This document shows, one piece after another, positions 11,118 to 22,055 of a stretch of 64,000 nt of DNA. Made by a program: the position numbers and the translations under genes. Source of the stretch: TPA_inf: Saccharomyces. Its lineage: Eukaryota. Within the stretch, counting starts at the first letter, position 1; every line of letters begins with the position of its first letter. The DNA lies in contig BK006941.2 in the NCBI GenBank assembly GCA_000146045.2, positions 320,001 through 384,000 on the forward strand. Reading direction: 5' to 3'. Under the pieces are notes generated by a model. That model saw only the letters and a program-made list of their open reading frames with translations, was not told the DNA's origin and searched no databases.

Positions 11118-14100
11118 TTATCCCTTTGAAGTTTCTGGAACTTTGAAATTATGGGCTCTTCCTTCTTCGTACACGCTGTTCAGTACTTTCTCAAAGATAG
11201 CTTTTTCTTTCAGGTGGAGATATTTTTTGTAAAGAATCAAGGCAGTATGGGCATCTTCAATTGAATCGTGATTTCCCTCTTGGATATTCATTCCTAACAA
11301 CACATATGCCAGATAACGCAATGAAAGATATCTCTTTCCTTGTAGAAAATATATGGCAGTGTCGCGAATTTGGTTTCTTGGGACATTAATATTAATGTGT
11401 TTGAAGTCATTATTCAAACCATGACCAACAAATACGCATCCGAGCTGCATTAAAAGCCAGACTTTTCGATATACAACGTTTCTTCTCACAAGCCTTTTGG
11501 TACTCTTTTCAGGGTCCAAGTCACCAGGAAGAATCCCACTATATCTTGTCAAATAGTCTTCTATGTGGTTCGTGTTTACCACATAATCATCGACAAATGG
11601 TACTCCATACAGTTCTCCTTCTTCGCCTCTAATAATGGATATTCTGGCCAAAGCAGTTCTTTTAGGTCGAATAATACTTCTGATTCCTTGATGATCGATT
11701 TCACATAGTTCACTTTGTAATGAGACAAATTCGGCATCAATGGCAACCAAGGTTCCAGATTTAGGTGCCTCATCATGTGTTAATAACTTATATTCACGTC
11801 TTGCAGTATCTCTTATTCCGTTTGCGAAATAATCACGGAAAAGTATGTCATAGTTGATGGAATACGTATCAACAGAAAAGAAAGGTTTTCGTAATTCTTC
11901 CGCATCACAATATATGATAATTTCTGGTGTTTTCCAAGGGTATGTCATTTTAAGCGCCTCTTCCTCTGTTATCTCAACAACCAAATAATCATTAAACATG
12001 AGCCACTTGAAGCAATTCTCTTTTGGATTATATTTTTTGACATATGTTACTAGACGCGTCTCGTTATTGTTATCAGTGATTTTAGCCACGTAACCATTCA
12101 ATTCGTATTTAAATATGTGGCTTGTGCCCTTCAATTCGGACGCCGTCGATCTTAGAACTGCCTTGTTTTTAATGATGCTTCCATAAAATTCACTAGTTAA
12201 CCAGTTTTTCGACGACCTTATATTGGAAAATTCGGTATCTAATAGTGATAATTCTAATGACAACACTGAAGGTAAATTCTTGACAGTACACTCCTGGGTG
12301 ATAGTTTCGGTTTTGCCGCAGGTTGGGCAAATACTGTTCTTTTGGGTTACATTTTTCATGGCATATTCAATATAAGGCAAAATATTCTGTCCATTGCTTT
12401 TCTTGTTCAATTGTTTGATTACGGTTTTGTTGATTCCTGATATTGATAAGGAGGGTAGAAGTTTGACGGTAGTGTCGTAGTGATCACAGCTACACTCTGT
12501 TCGTATTTCCGTTTCCAAACCAAAGCATTGATTTAGGGTGATATTATGGTTGACTGTCTGCGCTTCCTCTTTAATAAGTTGCGAGAGCAGGAATCTGTTA
12601 AATTTTTGAGGCATATTGCGTTTAATACTTTCAGAAGAATTAAAATCCTCGATACTTTCCCTTATGCACAGCGATTCTAAATACTCTTCTAAATGTTCTT
12701 GTGGTTCACCGTTTTCTAATTGTCTTTTATCAGTTAAGGATTTCAATGACGCCTGAAAATTGGAAGAACTACATATTTTTCCATGTGATCTTTCCATCAT
12801 GTCAAAGAGGTAGCCTAGATCAGTTAGCAACGTTGTTTCAAAATTCTCGTCTTTCAAACACCCAACAACGAAATTAAACATTTCTGGAATAAAGCGATAC
12901 AATTGTATGATAGCATTTGTGTAGTGATTATCAACATCTGGATCCAATCCTGAATACTCAGTGTTATTAAAGGGCGTAAAATCAAAATTATCAGTACCAA
13001 ATCTACCTGATGTCAGTGGAAGTCTACTGTATGCAGGGGGTACTTCGTACTTGTTGATTGAGGTATATGTCTGTATATCGCTGGTTTCTAAACCGCTTGT
13101 TATCTGTTTCCTTATATCTCTTAGACAAACGTAATCTGGTATAGCATTTCTCATACCGTATTTGGTGCGATCATATCTTAACAAAGGAAATTCTTGTGTG
13201 CTCAACTTCTCATTTTGGCTCGAGATCACAGCAAGGTTACTTTTTAATTTGCCGCTCGATGGTAAGGGTGACTTACCTGTTAATTGCGGTATGGTACCTT
13301 CACTTTTAAACACTACAGGGGGCCATGCAGACAAAAGTTTATCAAGATAGTACGGCATCCCCACAGAACTCAATGGATATGTTTCATCGTCGACAGATAT
13401 TGGGCCGTCAGAGGTAATGTCATTAAAATAATCAGGATATGCTAGCATTTCAGGGGTATTGGTAAACATTCCCATGTTGTTTGATGATCTTCTCCATGTA
13501 TCTAGGTGATTATCAGCTTCTAGTATACCCAATACGTCACCATTGGGGGACAAACATAACTTTTTAATCGACTGGCAAGGATGAACATATTGTGTTCTTA
13601 AAGTTGGATTGGAAAGGTCGATGAAATCAAACGAACCAGAACTTGAGGCGACGATCATAACAGTAGGAAGCAAAGGATGTAATTGAACAAAATCTGCGCC
13701 TCCAGATCCCATAGTTGTTCCTTTAGAAAAGGAAACAGGAGGGAGTTGACGCATTGTTCTCAAGTCGTAAACATTCACAAATGGGTCAGCGTATAAGTTA
13801 TAAAATCTTTTGGACTTCCCTACTGTAACCAAGGTGTTATCCCGTAAATCCATAGCGGATATGGATGCAGAGTGTGCATTAAATGATTTGATAGTACGAT
13901 TCGATGTTGGATCTAGCAAATCCACAGTCCCTGTTTGTCTTCCGATAGACAAAACTTTATTATTAGAGCACATTAACTTCACTTTAGATGAGTAATTCAA
14001 GAGGGAATCTAAGCAACCTCTGTTCAAGTCAATGGACGCAATTCCCCAATTTGTGTTGTCACCACCACAGTAGATATTGTTTTTCAGTGAATGAGGAGAA

Positions 14101-14465
14101 TAGCACATAGTGTTCAATTCGCTAAATGCAGCAATATCAATGCTAGTGAGGTTCAATTTAGTAACACCTCTTCTATTAGCAAAGTGTAAGGAATCTTCAC
14201 TAATAGATAAAATACCATCCCGATGACTGAGAATATCCTTCACGGAATTTCCACCTATGTGGCCCCTATATCTTGTATAAAGTTGAAAAGTTGGATCATA
14301 TGACGAAATGCAACCATAGCTGTCTCCACTCCAAATTAAGTTTGCCTTCTCATCGAAGCTAATCGCTGTAATTTCCTTATCCCTATTATCGAAGCGAAAG
14401 TATGGCTTCTTCAAATGTTCCGAAAGATCAACTGGATTGTTGAAGAAATGTTGCCAATTATTCAT
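11118..14465 (-). CDS. PAN2: Catalytic subunit of the Pan2-Pan3 poly(A) nuclease, 1115 aa
   Basis: 1115-aa ORF beginning MNNWQHFFNNPVDLSEHLKK, with an N-terminal WD40 region, a UCH-like domain and a C-terminal DEDD exonuclease domain. The length matches YGL094C exactly. Confidence 0.93.
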   Translation of the reverse strand: MNNWQHFFNNPVDLSEHLKKPYFRFDNRDKEITAISFDEKANLIWSGDSYGCISSYDPTFQLYTRYRGHIGGNSVKDILSHRDGILSISEDSLHFANRRGVTKLNLTSIDIAAFSELNTMCYSPHSLKNNIYCGGDNTNWGIASIDLNRGCLDSLLNYSSKVKLMCSNNKVLSIGRQTGTVDLLDPTSNRTIKSFNAHSASISAMDLRDNTLVTVGKSKRFYNLYADPFVNVYDLRTMRQLPPVSFSKGTTMGSGGADFVQLHPLLPTVMIVASSSGSFDFIDLSNPTLRTQYVHPCQSIKKLCLSPNGDVLGILEADNHLDTWRRSSNNMGMFTNTPEMLAYPDYFNDITSDGPISVDDETYPLSSVGMPYYLDKLLSAWPPVVFKSEGTIPQLTGKSPLPSSGKLKSNLAVISSQNEKLSTQEFPLLRYDRTKYGMRNAIPDYVCLRDIRKQITSGLETSDIQTYTSINKYEVPPAYSRLPLTSGRFGTDNFDFTPFNNTEYSGLDPDVDNHYTNAIIQLYRFIPEMFNFVVGCLKDENFETTLLTDLGYLFDMMERSHGKICSSSNFQASLKSLTDKRQLENGEPQEHLEEYLESLCIRESIEDFNSSESIKRNMPQKFNRFLLSQLIKEEAQTVNHNITLNQCFGLETEIRTECSCDHYDTTVKLLPSLSISGINKTVIKQLNKKSNGQNILPYIEYAMKNVTQKNSICPTCGKTETITQECTVKNLPSVLSLELSLLDTEFSNIRSSKNWLTSEFYGSIIKNKAVLRSTASELKGTSHIFKYELNGYVAKITDNNNETRLVTYVKKYNPKENCFKWLMFNDYLVVEITEEEALKMTYPWKTPEIIIYCDAEELRKPFFSVDTYSINYDILFRDYFANGIRDTARREYKLLTHDEAPKSGTLVAIDAEFVSLQSELCEIDHQGIRSIIRPKRTALARISIIRGEEGELYGVPFVDDYVVNTNHIEDYLTRYSGILPGDLDPEKSTKRLVRRNVVYRKVWLLMQLGCVFVGHGLNNDFKHININVPRNQIRDTAIYFLQGKRYLSLRYLAYVLLGMNIQEGNHDSIEDAHTALILYKKYLHLKEKAIFEKVLNSVYEEGRAHNFKVPETSKG

Positions 14466-14885
14466 AATACATTCACCATTCAGAAACTCAGTATAGCAAT
14501 TGTGTTCTAGTAATCTCTTAGGGTGTAATGCAGTTCAAAACAAAAAATAAGCAAATAAAAAAATTTTCAGAATGTAAAAATTCTAGTTAAAATGAACGTG
14601 TATTATATGGTAATGATGTGTCTCTTGGAGATTCTATTTCTTGTGTTCCTCTATGCCCACATAGTACGTTATTTCCTATATATGCTAACGTTAAAAGCAT
14701 GTTTCTTTTTCGTTATTCTCTCATTGAAAAAAACAATACGCGAAAGAGAAGGCGCCACCCGCCCCGTTTTAATACAAATAGATAAACACATAACAAAACA
14801 AAGGCTAATTAGACACTACACTCAGTGATTAAGTACTTAGTAACCGTGATTACGACGTCCCTTGTGATATCTAAGTGGGCTGACA

Positions 14886-17639
14886 ATGAATGTGGATGAA
14901 AGAAGCCGGATTGGGGGTAGAGAGAAGGATGCGGGGCCCGGGAAAGGCATTCTTAAGCAGAACCAAAGCTCGCAAATGACTTCAAGCTTTCTAGAGAACC
15001 CTGGTGTTCGTATTCCTACCAGGATTATAACAAAAAAAGAAGTATTAGATGGTAGTAACACGACATCCAGGATCAATACTTCTAATTTACAGAGTATGGT
15101 AAAGAGAAGAGTTTCATTCGCTCCCGATGTTACGTTGCATAGTTTTACTTTCGTACCTGAACAAAACAATGAAATTAAGGAACCAAGACGTAGAAAAACT
15201 TCAACCAACAGCCCTACTAAAATATCTAGTCAAGAAGAGCCTCTTGTAACGTCTACTCAAATCGATGATGCTCGTACGGAAGAAAAAACAGCGGCAGAAG
15301 AAGATCCCGATACATCTGGGATGGAATTGACAGAACCTATAGTGGCGACACCGGATAGTAACAAGGCTTCACAGCATGATCCCACATCAATGGAAATGAC
15401 TGAAGTTTTTCCTCGGAGTATCAGACAGAAAAATCCAGATGTAGAGGGAGAAAGCATTGAGTCAAGTCAACAAATCGATGATGTCGAGGCAGTGCGAGAG
15501 GAAACAATGGAATTGACGGCCATACATAATGTACACGACTATGATTCAATTTCAAAAGATACAGTAGAGGGCGAACCAATAGATCTGACAGAATATGAGT
15601 CTAAACCTTACGTTCCAAACAGTGTCTCACGCAGTACCGGGAAATCCTCTGACTATAGCGTGGAAAGAAGTAACGATAAAAGCGACCTTTCAAAATCTGA
15701 AAATAAGACGAATTCCTCTCAGCCGATGGAAATTACAGATATATTCCATGCTGATCCACAGAACCCTATGAGTCTACACAGCGACAATAACATCAATAAT
15801 GATGGTAATGAGATGGAACTCACGCAAATACAGACAAACTTTGACCGCGACAATCACCACATTGACGAATCTCCCAGCGAAAAGCATGCGTTTTCTTCTA
15901 ATAAGAGGCGCAAATTGGATACTGTCTCTGATTATGCTGCATCGGTTACGACACCAGTCAAAGAGGCAAAGGATACTAGTGGAGAGGACAATGATGGTGA
16001 TTTAGAGATGATGGAGAAAATGTCACCCATTACATTTAGCGATGTTGATAATAAGATTGGGACGAGATCCAATGATGTGTTCACTATTGAACCCGGTACT
16101 GAGGATACTGGCATGCAAACCGCGACAGACGATGAAGAAGATGGGGAAAATGTCGATGATAACGGGAACAAAATAGTTGAGAAAACAAGACTCCCCGAAA
16201 TAGACAAGGAAGGGCAGTCTGGTATAGCCCTGCCTACTCAAGACTACACTTTGCGGGAATTTATAAATGAAGTGGGGGTAGGGTTTTTAGATACCAAACT
16301 GATAGATGATCTCGACAAGAAGGTCAATTTCCCGCTTAACAGCTTTAATTTTGTGGAGAATCAAAGGATAGATAACGTATTTTCTGCCTTCTATATCGAT
16401 ATACCCATTTTAGAAGTGGAAGCATTCAGATGCAAGGAGCTTTGGAGAAGTATTAATGAATCCAAGGATAAATTCAAGGACTTTGAGGCCCAAATTGATA
16501 AATCCCATCCCCCTCTTCTGCTCCAGGAGTATTTTTCCTCGGATGAGAAAATGAAGCAATTGATGAGGGACCAGCTACAGTTGGTCAAAGGATATTCGAA
16601 ATTGGAGGCAGCAATGGAATGGTATGAATGGAGGAAAAAGCAACTAAATGGTCTGGAATTAATTTTGGCAGAAAATTTGAATACCTTGAAAAGGGAGTAC
16701 GAAAAATTAAACGAAGAAGTTGAAAAAGTTAACAGCATCAGAGGCAAAATACGAAAACTTAATGAAGCAATAAAGGAAGAGATAAGGTCCCTAAAAAACT
16801 TACCATCCGATTCTTATAAGCCTACTTTAATGAATAGAATAAAAATTGAGGCTTTCAAACAAGAGTTAATGGAACATTCCATATCGTTGAGTTCTTCCAA
16901 TGATTTTACCCAAGAAATGCGTTCACTTAAATTAGCTATTGCAAAAAAATCTAATGATATACTAACTTTAAGAAGTGAAGTCGCCTCTATAGACAAGAAA
17001 ATTGAAAAACGAAAACTGTTCACACGGTTTGACTTGCCAAAATTACGAGATACTCTCAAAATTTTGGAGTCATTAACGGGGGTACGCTTTCTGAAATTCT
17101 CAAAGGCAACACTTTCAATTGCATTTCTTCAACTGGATGATTTGAGAGTGGATATTAATCTAGCAAACTTTAAAAATAATCCGTTAAGTTCTATGAAAGT
17201 TATGAATGACAGCAATAATGACGATATGAGTTACCACTTATTCACAATGTTGTTGAAGAATGTTGAAGCCGAACATCAAGATAGCATGCTTTCGAACCTT
17301 TTTTTTGCTATGAAAAAGTGGAGACCATTATTGAAGTATATAAAATTACTAAAGCTCTTGTTTCCGGTGAAAATTACTCAAACTGAGGAAGAGGAAGCGC
17401 TTTTGCAGTTCAAGGATTATGATAGAAGAAACAAGACTGCATTTTTTTACGTTATATCCCTTGTCTCATTTGCTCAGGGCGTATTCTCGGAAAATGGGCA
17501 AATTCCAATGAAAGTTCACATAAGTACTCAACAAGATTACTCACCGTCACGGGAAGTCCTCTCTGACAGGATAACCCACAAGATCAGTGGAGTTCTTCCT
17601 TCATTTACGAAAAGTAGAATACATTTAGAGTTTACGTAA
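14886..17639 (+). CDS. SPC105: Kinetochore KNL1-family scaffold with MELT repeats, 917 aa
   Basis: 917-aa ORF beginning MNVDERSRIGGREKDAG. The N-terminal half has repeated M-E-[LIM]-T motifs (MELTEP, MEMTEV, MELTAI, MEITDI, MELTQI) and the C-terminus is coiled-coil/RWD. It matches YGL093W. Confidence 0.92.
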   Translation: MNVDERSRIGGREKDAGPGKGILKQNQSSQMTSSFLENPGVRIPTRIITKKEVLDGSNTTSRINTSNLQSMVKRRVSFAPDVTLHSFTFVPEQNNEIKEPRRRKTSTNSPTKISSQEEPLVTSTQIDDARTEEKTAAEEDPDTSGMELTEPIVATPDSNKASQHDPTSMEMTEVFPRSIRQKNPDVEGESIESSQQIDDVEAVREETMELTAIHNVHDYDSISKDTVEGEPIDLTEYESKPYVPNSVSRSTGKSSDYSVERSNDKSDLSKSENKTNSSQPMEITDIFHADPQNPMSLHSDNNINNDGNEMELTQIQTNFDRDNHHIDESPSEKHAFSSNKRRKLDTVSDYAASVTTPVKEAKDTSGEDNDGDLEMMEKMSPITFSDVDNKIGTRSNDVFTIEPGTEDTGMQTATDDEEDGENVDDNGNKIVEKTRLPEIDKEGQSGIALPTQDYTLREFINEVGVGFLDTKLIDDLDKKVNFPLNSFNFVENQRIDNVFSAFYIDIPILEVEAFRCKELWRSINESKDKFKDFEAQIDKSHPPLLLQEYFSSDEKMKQLMRDQLQLVKGYSKLEAAMEWYEWRKKQLNGLELILAENLNTLKREYEKLNEEVEKVNSIRGKIRKLNEAIKEEIRSLKNLPSDSYKPTLMNRIKIEAFKQELMEHSISLSSSNDFTQEMRSLKLAIAKKSNDILTLRSEVASIDKKIEKRKLFTRFDLPKLRDTLKILESLTGVRFLKFSKATLSIAFLQLDDLRVDINLANFKNNPLSSMKVMNDSNNDDMSYHLFTMLLKNVEAEHQDSMLSNLFFAMKKWRPLLKYIKLLKLLFPVKITQTEEEEALLQFKDYDRRNKTAFFYVISLVSFAQGVFSENGQIPMKVHISTQQDYSPSREVLSDRITHKISGVLPSFTKSRIHLEFT

Positions 17640-17905
17640 AGTGTTTATAATAGGACAACGATGACTAGTAATATCTCATCACTTTTTTTTAGTTTTTGAC
17701 GAAAGATTTTTAACTGCCCCGCCGGCAGGAAAGTTCAAACAATTTGAAGAAAAGCTCGAAAAAATTTTGGACAAAAACAACAATCACATCACCATTGGAA
17801 AGATAAAAAATTAGAAAGAATTAACTCGTTTGTTGTTTCCTGTTACCTATCACAATTATTATTGCTTTTTAGAACCACAAGCAAAGGAGAAGCAGTAGCC
17901 ACCTT

Positions 17906-20900
17906 ATGTTTAATAAAAGTGTAAATAGTGGTTTCACCTTTGGAAACCAAAACACATCCACACCGACATCCACTCCGGCACAGCCTTCCAGTTCCCTTCA
18001 ATTCCCTCAAAAATCTACTGGGTTATTTGGGAACGTTAATGTTAATGCGAATACTTCAACACCTAGCCCATCTGGTGGATTATTCAATGCCAATTCAAAC
18101 GCTAATTCTATAAGTCAACAACCCGCCAATAATTCATTATTTGGAAATAAACCAGCACAACCATCAGGTGGCTTATTTGGCGCTACAAACAATACTACTT
18201 CTAAAAGTGCCGGAAGCTTATTCGGAAATAATAATGCCACAGCAAATTCTACGGGCTCTACAGGTTTATTCAGTGGTAGCAATAATATAGCCTCTAGTAC
18301 CCAAAATGGTGGTTTGTTTGGTAATAGCAACAATAACAATATAACTTCTACCACGCAAAATGGTGGTCTGTTCGGTAAGCCTACTACAACCCCTGCTGGT
18401 GCTGGCGGCCTGTTTGGAAATTCCTCATCGACAAACTCAACGACAGGATTATTTGGATCAAATAATACACAAAGTTCTACAGGTATTTTTGGTCAAAAGC
18501 CGGGAGCTTCAACAACTGGGGGATTGTTTGGAAATAATGGTGCTTCATTCCCAAGATCCGGTGAAACTACTGGAACCATGTCAACCAACCCATATGGAAT
18601 TAACATAAGTAATGTTCCTATGGCAGTGGCTGACATGCCAAGATCTATTACGTCTTCTCTATCAGATGTGAATGGCAAGTCAGATGCGGAACCCAAACCA
18701 ATTGAAAATAGAAGAACATATTCGTTTTCTTCCTCAGTTTCAGGGAACGCTCCTTTACCACTCGCCTCACAGTCAAGTTTAGTGAGTAGACTAAGCACGA
18801 GACTGAAAGCCACTCAGAAAAGCACGTCACCGAATGAAATATTTTCACCGTCTTACAGTAAACCGTGGCTGAATGGAGCAGGTTCAGCTCCCTTAGTAGA
18901 TGACTTTTTTTCTTCAAAGATGACTTCTTTGGCTCCAAATGAAAACAGCATCTTTCCTCAGAATGGTTTTAATTTCCTATCCTCCCAAAGGGCCGACTTG
19001 ACAGAGCTGCGTAAATTGAAAATTGATTCCAACAGAAGTGCTGCAAAAAAATTAAAACTCCTCTCTGGTACTCCCGCCATCACAAAAAAACATATGCAAG
19101 ACGAACAAGATTCATCGGAAAATGAGCCAATTGCAAATGCTGATAGTGTCACTAACATTGACAGGAAAGAAAATAGAGATAATAATTTGGATAACACTTA
19201 TTTGAATGGAAAGGAGCAATCGAATAACTTGAATAAACAAGACGGCGAAAATACTTTACAACATGAAAAGTCATCAAGTTTTGGTTATTGGTGTTCTCCT
19301 TCCCCAGAACAGCTGGAGCGTTTGTCATTGAAGCAATTAGCGGCCGTTTCAAATTTTGTTATCGGGAGAAGAGGTTATGGTTGTATTACATTTCAACATG
19401 ATGTGGATCTCACAGCTTTTACCAAAAGCTTTAGAGAAGAACTATTCGGTAAAATTGTAATATTTCGTTCCTCTAAGACAGTAGAAGTATATCCTGACGA
19501 AGCCACCAAACCAATGATTGGGCATGGGTTAAACGTTCCCGCTATAATCACTCTAGAGAATGTTTATCCTGTAGATAAAAAAACAAAAAAACCGATGAAA
19601 GATACGACGAAGTTTGCTGAATTTCAAGTTTTTGACAGGAAACTAAGAAGCATGAGGGAAATGAACTATATATCCTATAATCCCTTTGGCGGGACTTGGA
19701 CTTTCAAAGTCAATCATTTTAGCATTTGGGGGTTAGTCAATGAAGAAGATGCGGAAATAGATGAAGACGATTTGAGTAAACAAGAAGACGGCGGTGAGCA
19801 ACCATTAAGAAAGGTGCGCACGTTAGCGCAATCAAAACCATCGGATAAAGAGGTTATCCTCAAAACAGATGGCACTTTTGGAACTCTATCAGGTAAAGAC
19901 GACTCTATCGTTGAGGAAAAGGCATACGAACCTGATTTGTCTGATGCGGACTTTGAGGGAATTGAAGCTTCCCCTAAACTTGACGTTTCTAAGGATTGGG
20001 TAGAACAATTAATTTTAGCTGGGTCTTCACTACGTTCTGTGTTTGCCACTTCTAAAGAATTTGACGGGCCATGTCAAAATGAAATAGATTTACTCTTTTC
20101 CGAATGCAATGATGAAATTGATAACGCAAAACTCATCATGAAGGAAAGAAGATTTACAGCCTCTTATACGTTTGCAAAATTTTCAACAGGTTCAATGCTA
20201 CTGACAAAAGATATTGTTGGTAAATCGGGCGTTTCAATTAAGCGTTTACCAACTGAGTTGCAAAGAAAATTTTTATTCGATGACGTCTATTTAGATAAAG
20301 AAATTGAAAAGGTTACTATCGAAGCAAGGAAGTCAAACCCATACCCACAAATTAGTGAAAGCTCTTTACTCTTTAAAGATGCTTTAGATTATATGGAAAA
20401 AACCTCTAGTGATTACAATCTATGGAAACTTTCATCTATTTTATTCGACCCCGTTTCCTATCCATACAAGACGGACAATGATCAAGTAAAAATGGCATTA
20501 TTAAAAAAAGAAAGGCATTGTCGATTAACTTCGTGGATTGTTAGCCAGATAGGTCCGGAAATTGAAGAGAAAATTAGGAATTCTTCTAACGAAATAGAAC
20601 AAATATTTCTATATTTGCTCTTGAATGATGTCGTAAGGGCATCCAAGTTAGCAATTGAGTCTAAGAATGGTCATTTGAGCGTTTTGATATCCTATTTGGG
20701 TTCAAACGACCCAAGGATACGTGATTTAGCGGAATTACAATTGCAAAAGTGGTCAACTGGTGGTTGTAGTATCGACAAGAATATCTCGAAGATTTACAAA
20801 TTACTAAGCGGTTCACCTTTTGAAGGTTTATTTTCTCTTAAGGAACTTGAAAGTGAATTCAGTTGGTTGTGCCTTTTGAATTTGACACTGTGCTACGGCC

Positions 20901-21859
20901 AGATAGATGAGTATTCCTTAGAATCTCTTGTGCAATCGCATTTAGACAAGTTTTCTTTACCCTATGATGATCCTATTGGAGTTATTTTCCAACTATATGC
21001 TGCTAATGAAAATACGGAGAAGCTCTATAAGGAGGTTAGACAAAGAACCAACGCTTTAGATGTTCAGTTTTGCTGGTACTTGATTCAAACATTGAGATTT
21101 AATGGAACACGCGTTTTTTCGAAGGAAACTAGCGATGAGGCTACATTCGCATTTGCCGCTCAACTTGAATTTGCACAATTACATGGCCACTCTCTTTTTG
21201 TTTCTTGCTTTTTAAATGATGACAAGGCAGCAGAAGATACCATAAAAAGGCTTGTTATGCGTGAAATAACATTGTTAAGAGCCTCTACCAATGATCACAT
21301 TTTAAATAGATTAAAGATCCCTTCGCAATTGATATTCAATGCTCAAGCTTTGAAAGATAGATATGAAGGCAATTACCTTTCTGAAGTACAAAATCTACTC
21401 CTGGGTTCGTCTTATGATTTGGCAGAAATGGCTATTGTTACGTCATTAGGACCAAGGCTGTTGTTATCAAACAATCCTGTACAGAATAATGAACTGAAAA
21501 CTTTGAGGGAAATTCTTAACGAATTTCCAGACTCTGAGAGGGACAAATGGAGTGTAAGTATAAACGTATTTGAAGTATATCTAAAGCTTGTGTTGGATAA
21601 TGTTGAAACGCAGGAGACTATCGATTCATTAATTAGTGGTATGAAGATATTTTATGATCAGTATAAGCACTGTCGTGAAGTGGCCGCATGTTGTAATGTT
21701 ATGTCCCAAGAGATTGTATCAAAAATATTGGAGAAAAACAATCCTTCAATAGGCGATTCGAAGGCCAAATTGCTTGAGCTCCCCCTAGGGCAGCCAGAAA
21801 AGGCATACTTGAGGGGTGAGTTTGCCCAGGATTTAATGAAGTGTACATATAAGATATAA
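17906..21859 (+). CDS. NUP145: Nucleoporin precursor (Nup145N/Nup145C) with GLFG repeats and an autoproteolytic domain, 1317 aa
   Basis: 1317-aa ORF with many GLFG/SLFG repeats at the N-terminus. The autocleavage motif HFSIWG has F605/S606 exactly where known (codon 604 = cat at 19715). Confidence 0.95.
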   Translation: MFNKSVNSGFTFGNQNTSTPTSTPAQPSSSLQFPQKSTGLFGNVNVNANTSTPSPSGGLFNANSNANSISQQPANNSLFGNKPAQPSGGLFGATNNTTSKSAGSLFGNNNATANSTGSTGLFSGSNNIASSTQNGGLFGNSNNNNITSTTQNGGLFGKPTTTPAGAGGLFGNSSSTNSTTGLFGSNNTQSSTGIFGQKPGASTTGGLFGNNGASFPRSGETTGTMSTNPYGINISNVPMAVADMPRSITSSLSDVNGKSDAEPKPIENRRTYSFSSSVSGNAPLPLASQSSLVSRLSTRLKATQKSTSPNEIFSPSYSKPWLNGAGSAPLVDDFFSSKMTSLAPNENSIFPQNGFNFLSSQRADLTELRKLKIDSNRSAAKKLKLLSGTPAITKKHMQDEQDSSENEPIANADSVTNIDRKENRDNNLDNTYLNGKEQSNNLNKQDGENTLQHEKSSSFGYWCSPSPEQLERLSLKQLAAVSNFVIGRRGYGCITFQHDVDLTAFTKSFREELFGKIVIFRSSKTVEVYPDEATKPMIGHGLNVPAIITLENVYPVDKKTKKPMKDTTKFAEFQVFDRKLRSMREMNYISYNPFGGTWTFKVNHFSIWGLVNEEDAEIDEDDLSKQEDGGEQPLRKVRTLAQSKPSDKEVILKTDGTFGTLSGKDDSIVEEKAYEPDLSDADFEGIEASPKLDVSKDWVEQLILAGSSLRSVFATSKEFDGPCQNEIDLLFSECNDEIDNAKLIMKERRFTASYTFAKFSTGSMLLTKDIVGKSGVSIKRLPTELQRKFLFDDVYLDKEIEKVTIEARKSNPYPQISESSLLFKDALDYMEKTSSDYNLWKLSSILFDPVSYPYKTDNDQVKMALLKKERHCRLTSWIVSQIGPEIEEKIRNSSNEIEQIFLYLLLNDVVRASKLAIESKNGHLSVLISYLGSNDPRIRDLAELQLQKWSTGGCSIDKNISKIYKLLSGSPFEGLFSLKELESEFSWLCLLNLTLCYGQIDEYSLESLVQSHLDKFSLPYDDPIGVIFQLYAANENTEKLYKEVRQRTNALDVQFCWYLIQTLRFNGTRVFSKETSDEATFAFAAQLEFAQLHGHSLFVSCFLNDDKAAEDTIKRLVMREITLLRASTNDHILNRLKIPSQLIFNAQALKDRYEGNYLSEVQNLLLGSSYDLAEMAIVTSLGPRLLLSNNPVQNNELKTLREILNEFPDSERDKWSVSINVFEVYLKLVLDNVETQETIDSLISGMKIFYDQYKHCREVAACCNVMSQEIVSKILEKNNPSIGDSKAKLLELPLGQPEKAYLRGEFAQDLMKCTYKI

Positions 21860-22055
21860 GTTTTTTTATTTTTATTTCTAAAAAAAAGAAAAATAGTAAA
21901 ACATGGACTGAAGCTAACGCTTTTGGAGTAATTAGTAGCATTATATATGGTAAAAGTGTTCTTCAGTAGGTCTAAGATTTAAAGGTAATGATATTTATAT
22001 TATAAAACGATTTGACCTCTAATGCACTTCCTTTTATTCTTTTTGATAAAATATA

